From Polyangiaceae bacterium (GTDB lineage Bacteria; Myxococcota_A; Polyangia; Polyangiales; Polyangiaceae), in NCBI GenBank assembly GCA_033763455.1, contig JANRKO010000016.1, positions 54,772 to 118,771 of the forward strand: 64,000 nucleotides of DNA, in the 5' to 3' direction. The position numbers and the translations under genes were made by a program. The notes beneath the pieces were generated by a model. The model was not told where the DNA came from and made no database searches. It saw nothing but the letters and a program-made list of their open reading frames with translations. Positions 9,915 to 19,609 of the stretch are shown here, piece after piece. Every line of letters starts with the position of its first letter. The first letter of the stretch is position 1.

Positions 9915-12401
9915 ATGACCCCTACAAATCCTGCTCAAAATCATCATGGCGCCCATGGGCACCAGCATCACGTAGCAACCGCTTTGGACGCTCAGGATCG
10001 AGTGACGGATCCCGTATGCGGGATGAAAGTAAATCCAGCGAGCGCGAAGGGAGGGCACTTCGAGCACGGCGGCATCACGTACTACTTCTGCAATCCGAAG
10101 TGCCGCGAACGGTTTTCAGCCCAGCCTACTAATTACCTGGAGCCTGCCGAGGCACCGCCGGAGCCTCCCCCCGTACGTGGTGCATCCTACGTATGCCCCA
10201 TGGATCCCGAGGTTCGTTCGGACGGGCCCGGCCCGTGCCCAAAGTGCGGAATGGCCCTGGAGCTGGAGCATCCACAGACGATGACGAGAACCGAATGGGT
10301 ATGCCCGATGCATCCCGAGGTCGTCCGATTGGAGCCTGGGAACTGCCCCATCTGCGGCATGGCGCTGGAACCCCGAACAGCGGTGCTCGAACAGGAGAAT
10401 CCCGAGCTTTTGGACATGTCGCGCCGCTTCCGGTTCGCCGTTGCGCTCACGGTACCGCTGTTCGTTATTGCTATGGCTGACATGTTGCCAGGCCAACCGC
10501 TTTCGAGTGTGCTTACGCCGAGAGCCCGCGTGCTGATCGAGCTCGCGTTAGCGACCCCCATTTGCGTGTGGTCTGCCTGGCCCTTCTACGTGCGAGCCGT
10601 GAACTCGGTGCTCAATCGCAGCTTGAATATGTTCACCCTGATCGGGTTGGGTGTGAGCGTCGCCTACGTTTATAGCGTGATCGCCGCATTGGTCCCCAGT
10701 ATTTTTCCGGTCGGCTTCCGCGATCATCACGGGGAGGTGGGCGTGTATTTTGAAGCCGCTGGCGTCATTGTGACGCTAATCCTCCTCGGACAGGTGCTGG
10801 AGCTCCGTGCGCGAAGCCAGACAGGTGCGGCAATTCGGAAGCTCCTTGGCCTATCACCCAAAACGGCACGCAAAGTTGCTGCGGACGGTACGGAACAAGA
10901 CGTGCCGCTTGAGCAGATTGCGGTAGGCGATTTGCTTCGGATCAGACCGGGCGAAAAGGTACCCGTCGATGGCGTCGTTTTGGAAGGAAGCAGCAGCGTG
11001 GATGAGTCGATGATCAGCGGCGAACCAATTCCTGTTCAGAAAGTGGCTGGGGATAGGGTCGTGGGCGCTACCATCAACGGTAACGGTGCGCTGCTCATGC
11101 GAGCAGAAAAGGTGGGTGCCGAAACCTTGCTCGCGCGGATTGTGAGCATGGTTGCCGAAGCGCAGCGAAGCCGAGCGCCGATTCAACGGCTCGCTGACGT
11201 GGTTTCATCGTATTTCGTTCCCACTGTGATAGCGATCGCGGTCGGCACCTTCGCTGTCTGGGCCGCATGGGGGCCAGAACCGCGTTTGGCGTATGCACTT
11301 GTCAACGCGGTGGCCGTCCTGAGCATCGCATGCCCGTGCGCCCTAGGGCTCGCAACTCCCATGTCCATAATGGTCGCTACGGGCAAGGGGGCGACACTCG
11401 GAGTGCTGTTCAAGAATGCTGAGGCTATCGAGTTGCTTCGCAAGGTCGACACGCTCGTGGTCGACAAGACCGGTACGCTGACCGAAGGCAAGCCTGTGCT
11501 AGTGAGCGTAGAGCCCGCGACCGGCGTGGATGCCAATCGCTTGTTGGCGTTTGCAGCGGCGCTTGAGCGTGGCAGCGAACACCCGCTGGCAGCCGCTGTC
11601 GTGCGCGGGGCGGAGGCACGGGGTGTACCGACACTTCGGACGGAGAACTTCGAGTCCATCACGGGAAAAGGTGTGCGCGGTCGTGTAGACAGCAGTGACG
11701 TTGCTCTCGGCAACCGGAAGTTGATGGAGGACCTTGGTGTAAGCATCGCATCGTTAGCTCCCCGCGCAGAGCAACTGCGCGCTGAAGCACAGGGCGTGAT
11801 GTTCGTGTCCGTCGACGGACAGCTTGCCGGGATCCTAGGTGTCGCCGATCCCGTCAAGAGCACCACGGAAGAGGCCGTGCGGCAGCTACACGAGGAAGGT
11901 GTTCGGGTCGTCATGTTGACGGGAGACAGCCGGAAAACAGCTGAAGCCGTGGCTAGCAAGCTTTCTATCGATCAAGTTATTGCCGAAGTCCTGCCGGACC
12001 AAAAGGCCGAGGTCGTCCGCAAGCTGCAACAAGAAGGCCGCGTCGTCGCGATGGCCGGTGACGGCATCAACGACGCCCCAGCTCTTGCCCAGGCCGAGGT
12101 CGGAATCGCGATGGGCACTGGAACGGACGTCGCCATGGAAAGCGCAGCGGTCACCTTGGTGCGGGGCGATTTGCGCGGCATCGTGCGTGCCCGCCGGCTG
12201 AGCCAGCGAACCATGGGCAACATTCGACAAAACCTCTTCTTTGCATTCGCCTACAACGCGGCTGGTATCCCTGTGGCGGCCGGTGTTCTCTACCCCGTGT
12301 TCGACATTCTACTCAGCCCGATGCTCGCGGCGGCTGCGATGAGCCTAAGCTCTGTCTCTGTGATCGCCAACGCGTTGCGTCTGCGGATGGCGAAGGTGTG
12401 A
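9915..12401 (+). CDS. copA: Cu(I)-translocating P1B-type ATPase with YHS and two heavy-metal-binding (CPM[DH]P) domains
   Basis: His-rich N-terminus, DPVCGM..YYFC, YVCPMDP, WVCPMHP, SGEP, CPC, DKTGT, SEHP, GDGIND, YN...MSLSS. Confidence 0.96.
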   Translation: MTPTNPAQNHHGAHGHQHHVATALDAQDRVTDPVCGMKVNPASAKGGHFEHGGITYYFCNPKCRERFSAQPTNYLEPAEAPPEPPPVRGASYVCPMDPEVRSDGPGPCPKCGMALELEHPQTMTRTEWVCPMHPEVVRLEPGNCPICGMALEPRTAVLEQENPELLDMSRRFRFAVALTVPLFVIAMADMLPGQPLSSVLTPRARVLIELALATPICVWSAWPFYVRAVNSVLNRSLNMFTLIGLGVSVAYVYSVIAALVPSIFPVGFRDHHGEVGVYFEAAGVIVTLILLGQVLELRARSQTGAAIRKLLGLSPKTARKVAADGTEQDVPLEQIAVGDLLRIRPGEKVPVDGVVLEGSSSVDESMISGEPIPVQKVAGDRVVGATINGNGALLMRAEKVGAETLLARIVSMVAEAQRSRAPIQRLADVVSSYFVPTVIAIAVGTFAVWAAWGPEPRLAYALVNAVAVLSIACPCALGLATPMSIMVATGKGATLGVLFKNAEAIELLRKVDTLVVDKTGTLTEGKPVLVSVEPATGVDANRLLAFAAALERGSEHPLAAAVVRGAEARGVPTLRTENFESITGKGVRGRVDSSDVALGNRKLMEDLGVSIASLAPRAEQLRAEAQGVMFVSVDGQLAGILGVADPVKSTTEEAVRQLHEEGVRVVMLTGDSRKTAEAVASKLSIDQVIAEVLPDQKAEVVRKLQQEGRVVAMAGDGINDAPALAQAEVGIAMGTGTDVAMESAAVTLVRGDLRGIVRARRLSQRTMGNIRQNLFFAFAYNAAGIPVAAGVLYPVFDILLSPMLAAAAMSLSSVSVIANALRLRMAKV

Positions 12402-12427
12402 GGCAACCCTTGCTACTGAAAGAGACG

Positions 12428-13006
12428 ATGGACACGAGCGCCGAAGCACCCCTGAGCCCGGAGGTCGTGAGCACGCTTGTGGGCAGTCACCGCGACTTTC
12501 TCGCGTTCCTCCAGAAGCGCCTAGGCGACCGCGCGCTCGCCGAAGACATCCTGCAGGAGGCGTTCGTTCGTGGCCTCCCCAAGCTCGGGACGCTCGAGAA
12601 CGAAGAATCTGCGACCGCCTGGTTCTATCGCATCTTGCGCAACGCTGTGATCGACCATCACCGCCGTCGAACGTCCGTCAACAAGCAACTCGACGCGTTC
12701 GCTCGGGACCTCGAACAACACGTACAGCCCGAGGGCGAGGTGCGCGGCGCCGTGTGCCGATGCGTGGGCGCGCTTGCGGGCGCGCTTAAGCCGGAGTACG
12801 CAGAGGCGCTTCGCCGTGTCGAAGTCGACGGCATCGCGGTGAAGGACTACGCCACTTGGGCCGGCATCACCAGCAATAACGCGGCGGTGCGGGTTTTTCG
12901 CGCGCGTGAAGCACTCCGCAAGCAGGTTACCCGCTCATGTGGAACGTGCGCCGACCACGGTTGCCTTGACTGCACCTGCGACAAGTCAGCCGGGCACTGC
13001 CACTGA
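12428..13006 (+). CDS. ECF sigma factor with CxC linker and Cys-rich C-terminus (CorE-like)
   Basis: AEDILQEAF, AWFYRILRN..IDHHR, region 4 VRVFRAR; VCRC linker; tail CGTCADHGCLDCTCDKSAGHCH. Alternative GTG start at 12398. Confidence 0.9.
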   Translation: MDTSAEAPLSPEVVSTLVGSHRDFLAFLQKRLGDRALAEDILQEAFVRGLPKLGTLENEESATAWFYRILRNAVIDHHRRRTSVNKQLDAFARDLEQHVQPEGEVRGAVCRCVGALAGALKPEYAEALRRVEVDGIAVKDYATWAGITSNNAAVRVFRAREALRKQVTRSCGTCADHGCLDCTCDKSAGHCH

Positions 13007-13067
13007 TTCGCCAGCGGGTAAGCGGGCCAAAGCAGAACGCCCTGCACCCGAAAAGCATCGCGGAGGG

Positions 13068-14411
13068 TCAGTGCGGGTCTTGGCCACCATTGGGAGTGCT
13101 CGCGCCCCTGGTGATGGTACTCGTCAGCTCGCCGGGGTGGCGTCGACCCGCCAGTAGCTGCTCCACGTTGGTTCGTGCAATCCAGTACTCACGGTGCTGA
13201 TCCACGTAGGCAGCGGCGGTTTGCACCTGGTCGCGCTTGGCCTGAAGAAGCTGGAAGAGCCCCACGAGCATACCGTTATATTCGAGCTGAGTCTGCTCCA
13301 CGACCTTTTGCTTTAGCGGGAGTAGAACGGTCTTGTAATGGCGCACGGCCTCGCGCCTTGCGGTCAGGCGCGCCGCAGCGTTTCGCGCGCTGGCCCTCAG
13401 GTTAACCGCGACGTCAGTAAAGAGCGCTTGTTGCTGCCGCATCTCGGCTTTCGCGACGCCGACCTCGCCCTGGCCCTGATAGAAGAGTGGCACTTCGATC
13501 TCGATCGCTGGCCCCACGCCCCACTCTTCGTTCCGCTCTGCGGAAACTCCAGCTTTGAGCTCGGGCAGAAAACCGTGAGCTTGAGCGAGGTTCGCGCGCT
13601 TGGCTGCCGCCGCGAATCGATGCTTGGCAATCGCGAGGTCCAGGCTGCGCTCGATCGCCGTGCTCTCCAGCTTTTTCACGTCGAACTCCGCCCCAGGGAT
13701 ATCGGGTAGGCGAGGCATTGCGCGCCATTCGGTCTCGCGCCCCCAGAGGCCCATCAGCGCGTTCAAGCGTTCTCGCGCCGCGGTAAGCCCCACTTCCGCA
13801 TCCTGAAACTCGAAGCGAGCTTGCTCGAACAAGCTGCGCTGGTTGGCCAGATCGAGCTCTGTGATGTTGCCCGCCTCGCGCAGCCGAATCGCGAGGTCAG
13901 CTGAAGCATTGAACGCTTCGAGCACGGTGCGGCGGAGCTCCAGGAGCTCGGCCGCGGCCTGATACACGTAAAACGCGCGGCGCGTATCGTAGGCGAGGTC
14001 GAGGATGCTGCCGATGGCGCTGAGCTTGGCGGCCTCCACCTCGATACCCGCAGCGCTGGAACGGGAGGCGAGGAGCAAGAGATCGGTGATGTCGATCATT
14101 GCTCCGACCTCTAGTTCGGGACGGCCTTCTCCTTCAAAACGCATGGCGCCCTCTACCGTCGGATTGGGCAGCCGGCGCGCTTGGGCCAATCGCCCTTCCG
14201 CAATACCAAGCTCTTCGATTTCGGCGCGAACGCCGTGGTTGTTCAGCAGCGCAATGTCCGAGGCCGATTCGGCGGTGAGCGGGCGTGCGAGTAGCGTCTT
14301 CACGTCCTGGGCCTGCGGACCGCGCGTGTTGCCGCCGGGATAACGTGCCGCCGCTGCGCTTGTGAGAGCACGGCTATCGATTGCCGTCGGCGAGCAGGCC
14401 ACCTGTGACAC
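13068..14411 (-). CDS. TolC-family outer-membrane efflux protein (metal-cluster type); start codon appears disrupted
   Basis: QARRLPNP, EAGNITELD, EVPLF, YNGMLVGLFQLLQAK OEP motifs. The signal peptide continues upstream to 14441 without an in-frame start. Confidence 0.88.
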   Translation of the reverse strand: MSQVACSPTAIDSRALTSAAAARYPGGNTRGPQAQDVKTLLARPLTAESASDIALLNNHGVRAEIEELGIAEGRLAQARRLPNPTVEGAMRFEGEGRPELEVGAMIDITDLLLLASRSSAAGIEVEAAKLSAIGSILDLAYDTRRAFYVYQAAAELLELRRTVLEAFNASADLAIRLREAGNITELDLANQRSLFEQARFEFQDAEVGLTAARERLNALMGLWGRETEWRAMPRLPDIPGAEFDVKKLESTAIERSLDLAIAKHRFAAAAKRANLAQAHGFLPELKAGVSAERNEEWGVGPAIEIEVPLFYQGQGEVGVAKAEMRQQQALFTDVAVNLRASARNAAARLTARREAVRHYKTVLLPLKQKVVEQTQLEYNGMLVGLFQLLQAKRDQVQTAAAYVDQHREYWIARTNVEQLLAGRRHPGELTSTITRGASTPNGGQDPH

Positions 14412-14911
14412 GGCGGCCGCGAGCAGCCGAAGCCGTTGAGTTCACCGATACCGTGGCGCCCGGCTTCGATCCCGCAACCGTGAGTCTCACGCCGCGGAGC
14501 TCATAGCGGAGATCTGAGGGCGCCGCCCAGATGGAACGTTTACCTCGGGTGTCGAGGTTTTCCATCAACTCTACGCAACAACAGGCTTCCGCTAGCTCGG
14601 CGAGATCTCGTGTTCGGCGCCTTTGGATGCGCTCTTTAACCTTGCTTAGCTCTGGTTCGCCAAGAATGGCTTGACGTTAACGGGGCGCTGCAAAAGTTGG
14701 CGGGGATGGCAAGGTGAAGATCCACTCAGGAATCCCCACTCTGACAGGCCAGCCAGCCGCCCATGAATTGAAGAATCTGACCCGGCCTCCGGGCCCCCTA
14801 CTACCACCTTCACCGTTCCACTGATTTTCTCTCCTAGGGGAAGATATGCAGTCCATTGGCGCTCTCATTCCTCTATATCTTCTCCCCCAAACAATGCGGT
14901 CAGCACTGCCC

Positions 14912-17188
14912 ATGAGTCCGACTCGGTGTCGGGCCTGTAATGCAAACTTGCCATGTGACCCGGTGGGGGGTGAGGTTTGGGCGCGCTATTGCCCCGAATG
15001 CGGTTTTCCGTGCGGCGGATCAGACGCTGAGTTGGGGGTGAACCAATCATGGACGGTGCTCACGTCTGGGCTCCGAATATTGTGCTTTGCATCGCCCGAA
15101 GAAGTAGCTCTCGCTGCCGCCAGCAACCTGGTTTCCGGGGGAGACATTGTGTTTCCGCCCTCAGGGCCAGAGTTCCCAGTGAGCGAGCTACCTTTGGTTG
15201 AGCAGCAAGCTCAAGCGGACAATTCTGTGTCACTGACGCCACCGTTAGGTAGCGCGTTACTCGTCGCCCCCAACCTGAACGCGGCAACTCGCCTTGCTCG
15301 GGACATTTGGGCGGACGACTCATCCGACGGTGGTGCCCAAATCGGCACTGCCACTCGGCCCATGGCGATGGTCTCCCCTGATAAGTTCACGCCGCCTCGA
15401 TCCCGCCCTGGGCTCTCACCCAAAACCGTCGCGGTGTTGGATGACCTGTTGCGGCAGCGCAAAGGAACTTCAAGGAAAAGCAGATCCGAAGCACCCCGCA
15501 GGGACACGTGGCGTTCTCAAGAACGGTCCCCGGGCGGCAGTGCTCCTCGCTTGCCCCTGCGTGGCCGACCACAACACGACCGAGATACCATCCTCGACGA
15601 CTCGAGTGCGTCGGGGATTCGCGAAGCCTTACTGACGGCAACGGAACCACCTGCCCCCACACATTCAGTCGAGTCCACCCCGCTGAGCCGACCTATTGAC
15701 CAGGTTTTGCCACCACCTCCGCGGCTACCGGTTATCAACTACGTTCAGGCCGAGAGCTCGGAGATCCCAGGGCCTAAAGCTCGGACCGACCATGCAGAGA
15801 CAGGTGCTGCTGGGCGAAAGCCACCTCTGGCCCCAAGCTCACACACCCGCTTGCCTGAAGAGCCAGCAGGTTCAAGTACGCTGGGCGAGGGCAGTGCTTC
15901 GAACCAGAGTTACCTCCCCTTTACGCTCGATCGAGGGACGGCGAGCCGCGTGCTGCCAGCATCGAAGCGGTCGCGCACTTGGACGCTGGCTACTGGGCTA
16001 CTGCTGCTGGCCTTCGTAGGATTCAAGCTCGTCTACCAGCGTGAAACCCAGTCCAATGTCGGCGGGCAAGCGCCTTCGGGCCCGAACAACCTTGCCCTCA
16101 AGCTCGCGAAATCGCGCGCCACTGGGAACATCGAAGCCGAGGTCGAGCTGCTCCGCCAGGGAATTGCTGCTGCACCCGGCGATTTGGGAAAATTGGCCGA
16201 GTACTCAGCCGCACTCAATCAGACCGCTGATCGAGAGTGGTTGCGTGTTTGGGCCATGCCATCCGCTGCCTCTGCCCTGATCGAGCTTCAGAAAGGCAAC
16301 CTCGCGCGCCTTGCCGACGAATCGCTCTGGGCGGCAACGGAATACTTGGAGGCCTCCGGTGGCTCGGTGGCCGCCAAGATCCAACAACTGAATGCCCTGC
16401 GCAATGCTGGCCAAATTGATCGTGCACGCCAGCTGGCCCTAGAACTCGAAACCACCGCGCCTTCGCCCGAGCGTGACTATGCCCTCGGAACCCTGGCGTT
16501 GGTCGATCCGAAGATGAGCGCGGAGCAGGCTAGCCGATACCTCGAGGCTGCGGCCCGCCTGCAGAACACGCCGGAACGGGTGCGTCCAGCGCTCATCCTT
16601 GCTTACTTGCGCAACGGCGAACTCGATCGGGCCGAACGCGAGCTTAAGCTCCTGTACCTCTTGTCACACCCCCACGCCGCCACCAAAGCGCTGAGCGATC
16701 TTTTGGAGCGCCATCGAAAGACAGAAGCCACGGAGAAAGCCGCGCCCCAAGCAGTTATTAGGCCTCCGACACCCATCAGTACACGTGACCTTTTGAGGGC
16801 CGCGGAGCGAGCAGTGGTGGATCAAGACACTCAGCGTGCCCGGCGACTTTATCACGCCGTCCTAGCACGCGACGCGAGCAACTGCCGTGCGTTGGCCGGC
16901 CTTGGTACCTTGGCTCAGTTGGCCCAATCGTGGAAGGCCGCCGAAAGCTATTTCTTGGCTGCGAACGAAGCGAACACCCGCTGCCTTGCGGCCCAACTTG
17001 GGCTCGCTGATCTCGACTGGGAGCGTGGGCGGGTCGAACAAGCCAAAACCCGCTATCGCGAGATCGAGCAAAGCTACACCCGAGACCAGTACCCCGATCG
17101 CGTGAACACTCGCGCGCAGAGCAGCGACGACAGCGGGCGCAATCACGCCGGCGGAAGTGCAGCGCAAGGCACGAACTCAATAGACTGA
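14912..17188 (+). CDS. Bitopic membrane protein: Zn-ribbon, Pro/Ser-rich linker, TM, TPR repeats
   Basis: CRAC...CPEC; TM WTLATGLLLLAFVGF; TPR-like helices (ARRLYHAVLARDASNCRALAGLG). Start could be 14846 or 14894. Confidence 0.75.
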   Translation: MSPTRCRACNANLPCDPVGGEVWARYCPECGFPCGGSDAELGVNQSWTVLTSGLRILCFASPEEVALAAASNLVSGGDIVFPPSGPEFPVSELPLVEQQAQADNSVSLTPPLGSALLVAPNLNAATRLARDIWADDSSDGGAQIGTATRPMAMVSPDKFTPPRSRPGLSPKTVAVLDDLLRQRKGTSRKSRSEAPRRDTWRSQERSPGGSAPRLPLRGRPQHDRDTILDDSSASGIREALLTATEPPAPTHSVESTPLSRPIDQVLPPPPRLPVINYVQAESSEIPGPKARTDHAETGAAGRKPPLAPSSHTRLPEEPAGSSTLGEGSASNQSYLPFTLDRGTASRVLPASKRSRTWTLATGLLLLAFVGFKLVYQRETQSNVGGQAPSGPNNLALKLAKSRATGNIEAEVELLRQGIAAAPGDLGKLAEYSAALNQTADREWLRVWAMPSAASALIELQKGNLARLADESLWAATEYLEASGGSVAAKIQQLNALRNAGQIDRARQLALELETTAPSPERDYALGTLALVDPKMSAEQASRYLEAAARLQNTPERVRPALILAYLRNGELDRAERELKLLYLLSHPHAATKALSDLLERHRKTEATEKAAPQAVIRPPTPISTRDLLRAAERAVVDQDTQRARRLYHAVLARDASNCRALAGLGTLAQLAQSWKAAESYFLAANEANTRCLAAQLGLADLDWERGRVEQAKTRYREIEQSYTRDQYPDRVNTRAQSSDDSGRNHAGGSAAQGTNSID

Positions 17189-17231
17189 ACTTTGCACTGA
17201 TCGTTCTCGCGCGGGCGGCTGGAATGCGCCC

Positions 17232-17466
17232 GTCCTCACCGAGATCAGTTAAGCGGGCCCCGGGTAAGAGCTCATGGGCGGAGAGCCCACGGCGAGTTCT
17301 CGTAGTTGGAGAGTTGCGCCAAGGCGTCGAAAGAGTATGAGCGCGCGATCCGCTTAGCGCGAAGAACCTTGAGCGCTGGCTCAAAGCAATAACGAATCAA
17401 TATGCCGACCGTATCTTGCTGATTACGGTCCAGATCGGGGATCTTTGGGGCCGTCTCAGTGCTGCT
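17232..17466 (+). pseudogene. vapC: Decayed VapC (PIN-domain) toxin fragment
   Basis: Frame from 17296 reads VLVVGELRQGVERV*ARDPLSAKNLERWLKAITNQYADRILLITVQIGDLWGRLSAA with in-frame TGA at 17338-17340. Upstream VLTEI and KRAP...WAES remnants are frameshifted. Confidence 0.75.
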
Positions 17467-18384
17467 TCACCTTTCTCCCAGGTCGATCTCTGCGGCTCCG
17501 AAATTCAGGGCCACCTGAACGCCGCCTGAAACATACGGCTGCATGGCTTCCTGTTGCCCGGACACGAGCGTCGGCATAGTGCCAATTGCACCTAGGAAGG
17601 CCACGCGTGCTCCTCGGAAGTAGTGTTGCAAGTGGCGAGCGGTGTCGAACGCAATGGCGCCGTGGAGGGCTGGAAAAAGGCCGTTAGCCTCTCCCTTGAT
17701 CGGTGCTCGGTTCTCGTCGGGGCAATCCACGGCATAGCGCCCGCCAGTACCCACACAGTACTGGCCGTTCGCTGAAAGCGCAGTCGCGGTGAGCCCCAAA
17801 ATGCCGTGCACCTCAAGCCAGTGGCTTGTGGGTGTGAGCCGAATGTCTGCCCCTGCTTCCGCGGCCGCGCGTGTCGCGGAAAAGGAAGCACCTTGCTGTT
17901 CCGCGCTGGCGTAGGTGCCGGACACGATCACCCCCACCCCCAAACGCTTCTCGTCGTCGACGTATGTTCGGTACCCTAAAAGTGGCTCCAAAGAGCTGCC
18001 CGTACCCGAATCTCCAGCGGCCCGTGCGCCCACCACTAACCCAGGAGTGCCCAGCACGCGGTCTGGCTCCATCTGGGCTCCCAGCGCCGGCAGCGACGTA
18101 CCCTTGTGTTCCTCCTCGGCCGCAGAGCTCAGGTAATACCCCGGCAAAACGGCTGCGTGGATCTCCAGGGCGGGGCGCTCTTCAGGCAGAAATGCAGCCC
18201 CAGAAGTGGCCGGCATCGGGCCCAACGTGGTGCAGCCTGAGAGCCAGCAGCTCGCCACGTAGCACCCAGAAACGCCGAAACTCACCCCGCGCAGCCTACC
18301 CAGCAACCCCGCACCATGCCTCATCGCCAGCAACCCCGCGCCGTGCCTCATCGCCAACACCCTCGCTCCGTGCCTCATCGCCAC
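17467..18384 (-). CDS. Hypothetical lipoprotein, beta-rich (possible outer-membrane protein)
   Basis: Lipobox LSGC; alternating beta-strand patterns; directly downstream of xylH. Confidence 0.65.
   Translation of the reverse strand: MAMRHGARVLAMRHGAGLLAMRHGAGLLGRLRGVSFGVSGCYVASCWLSGCTTLGPMPATSGAAFLPEERPALEIHAAVLPGYYLSSAAEEEHKGTSLPALGAQMEPDRVLGTPGLVVGARAAGDSGTGSSLEPLLGYRTYVDDEKRLGVGVIVSGTYASAEQQGASFSATRAAAEAGADIRLTPTSHWLEVHGILGLTATALSANGQYCVGTGGRYAVDCPDENRAPIKGEANGLFPALHGAIAFDTARHLQHYFRGARVAFLGAIGTMPTLVSGQQEAMQPYVSGGVQVALNFGAAEIDLGER
18300..18380. repeat. 27-bp tandem repeat x3 at the gene 5' end
   Basis: ccagcaaccccgcaccatgcctcatcg / ccagcaaccccgcgccgtgcctcatcg / ccaacaccctcgctccgtgcctcatcg; encodes AMRHGAxxL three times. 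Confidence 0.9.
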
Positions 18385-18400
18385 AACCCGTCCCGCCTTC

Positions 18401-19609
18401 TCATCGGCCCGCCTTCATTCGCCCATCGAACCACACAGCGAGGGTGAGCACCAAGCCGCGCGCGATGAACTTCACTTCGGGCGAAACGGCCATCAGCGTT
18501 AACCCGTTGAGAAGGCTAGCCATGATCAATGCCCCGAAAAGCACCCCCATCACGTTTCCTCGCCCACCTTTCAAGCTCGTGCCCCCGATCACACAGGCAG
18601 CGATCGCGTCGAGCTCCATGAGCTGACCCACCGTAGAAGTGGAGGCCCCCGAATAGGCTGTTTGCAAAAACCCTGTGAGGGCCACAGCACCACCCATGAG
18701 CGCATAGGCCACTATAACAACCCGCGAAACATTCACGCCCGAAAGGCGGGCCGCATCGAGATTTCCACCGACCGCATACAGATGACGCCCAAACGGCGTG
18801 CGCGACGTGAGCAGCCAGACACCCCAGGCCACTGCAACCAAAATCAGCACCGAAAGAGGAATTCCTCGGTACTTATTGGCCACAAGCACCAGCACCGCCA
18901 GCACCTGCGCTGCTACAAAAAGCCCCAGGAACAACACTTCCCCATCCAAGATCTGAAAGCCAAGCGCCTGCCTGCGGCGCCGGGAACGAAGCACCATGCC
19001 CGTAAAGATCGCGAATAAGACTAAGGCCACGCCCGCGGACGGCCACGGCGGCAGATAGAACGTGGTGAGGCTCGAATACAGATTACTTTCCCCACCGGGC
19101 GCCACTGGCACCGTTTGATTTTGTATAGTTAACCAGTGAAGCCCTTTGAAGACGAGCAAGCCACCGAGCGTGACAATGAACGCCACGATGCGTTGCCGCA
19201 CGATCAACCAGCCAACGCCCGCCCACACCAAAACGCCCAGAAAAAGGCTGAGCGCCAAGGCCAGAGGCGCCGAAACTCCGTGCGAAAACACCAACACCGC
19301 AGCGATCGCCCCGAACAACCCCACCCCACTGCCCGCGGCAAGATCGATCTGGCCCGGCAGCAGCACGAGCAGCATGCCAAGCGCCAGGATGGCGGTAACG
19401 CTGAGCTCAATCGTGAGCAGCGAGAGATTTCTTGCACTGAGAAACGCCGGCTCCTTCAGAGCGAAGAGAGCCCACAAGAAGCCGAGGGCGAGCAACATCG
19501 AAAGCTCTCGGCGGGGCAGCGCTGGCTGGGCTTGCGAAGGCTGTTTCGTCTTGTTCCCCGCCTTCGCCATTCGCTCCGTTTCGGCGTGTATTTCTGCATT
19601 CGTGCTCAT
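18401..19609 (-). CDS. xylH: Sugar (xylose-type) ABC transporter permease
   Basis: FLSARNLS, GQIDLAAGS, AFIVTLGG, RTPFGRHLYAVGGN..AARLSG, ELDAIAACVIGGTSL.GG.G. Confidence 0.9.
   Translation of the reverse strand: MSTNAEIHAETERMAKAGNKTKQPSQAQPALPRRELSMLLALGFLWALFALKEPAFLSARNLSLLTIELSVTAILALGMLLVLLPGQIDLAAGSGVGLFGAIAAVLVFSHGVSAPLALALSLFLGVLVWAGVGWLIVRQRIVAFIVTLGGLLVFKGLHWLTIQNQTVPVAPGGESNLYSSLTTFYLPPWPSAGVALVLFAIFTGMVLRSRRRRQALGFQILDGEVLFLGLFVAAQVLAVLVLVANKYRGIPLSVLILVAVAWGVWLLTSRTPFGRHLYAVGGNLDAARLSGVNVSRVVIVAYALMGGAVALTGFLQTAYSGASTSTVGQLMELDAIAACVIGGTSLKGGRGNVMGVLFGALIMASLLNGLTLMAVSPEVKFIARGLVLTLAVWFDGRMKAGR

Noticed and set aside
17190..17466. Several hairpins suggesting a structured ncRNA
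   Set aside because: Better explained as a vapC pseudogene; hairpins are expected at this GC content and no known RNA motif was recognised.
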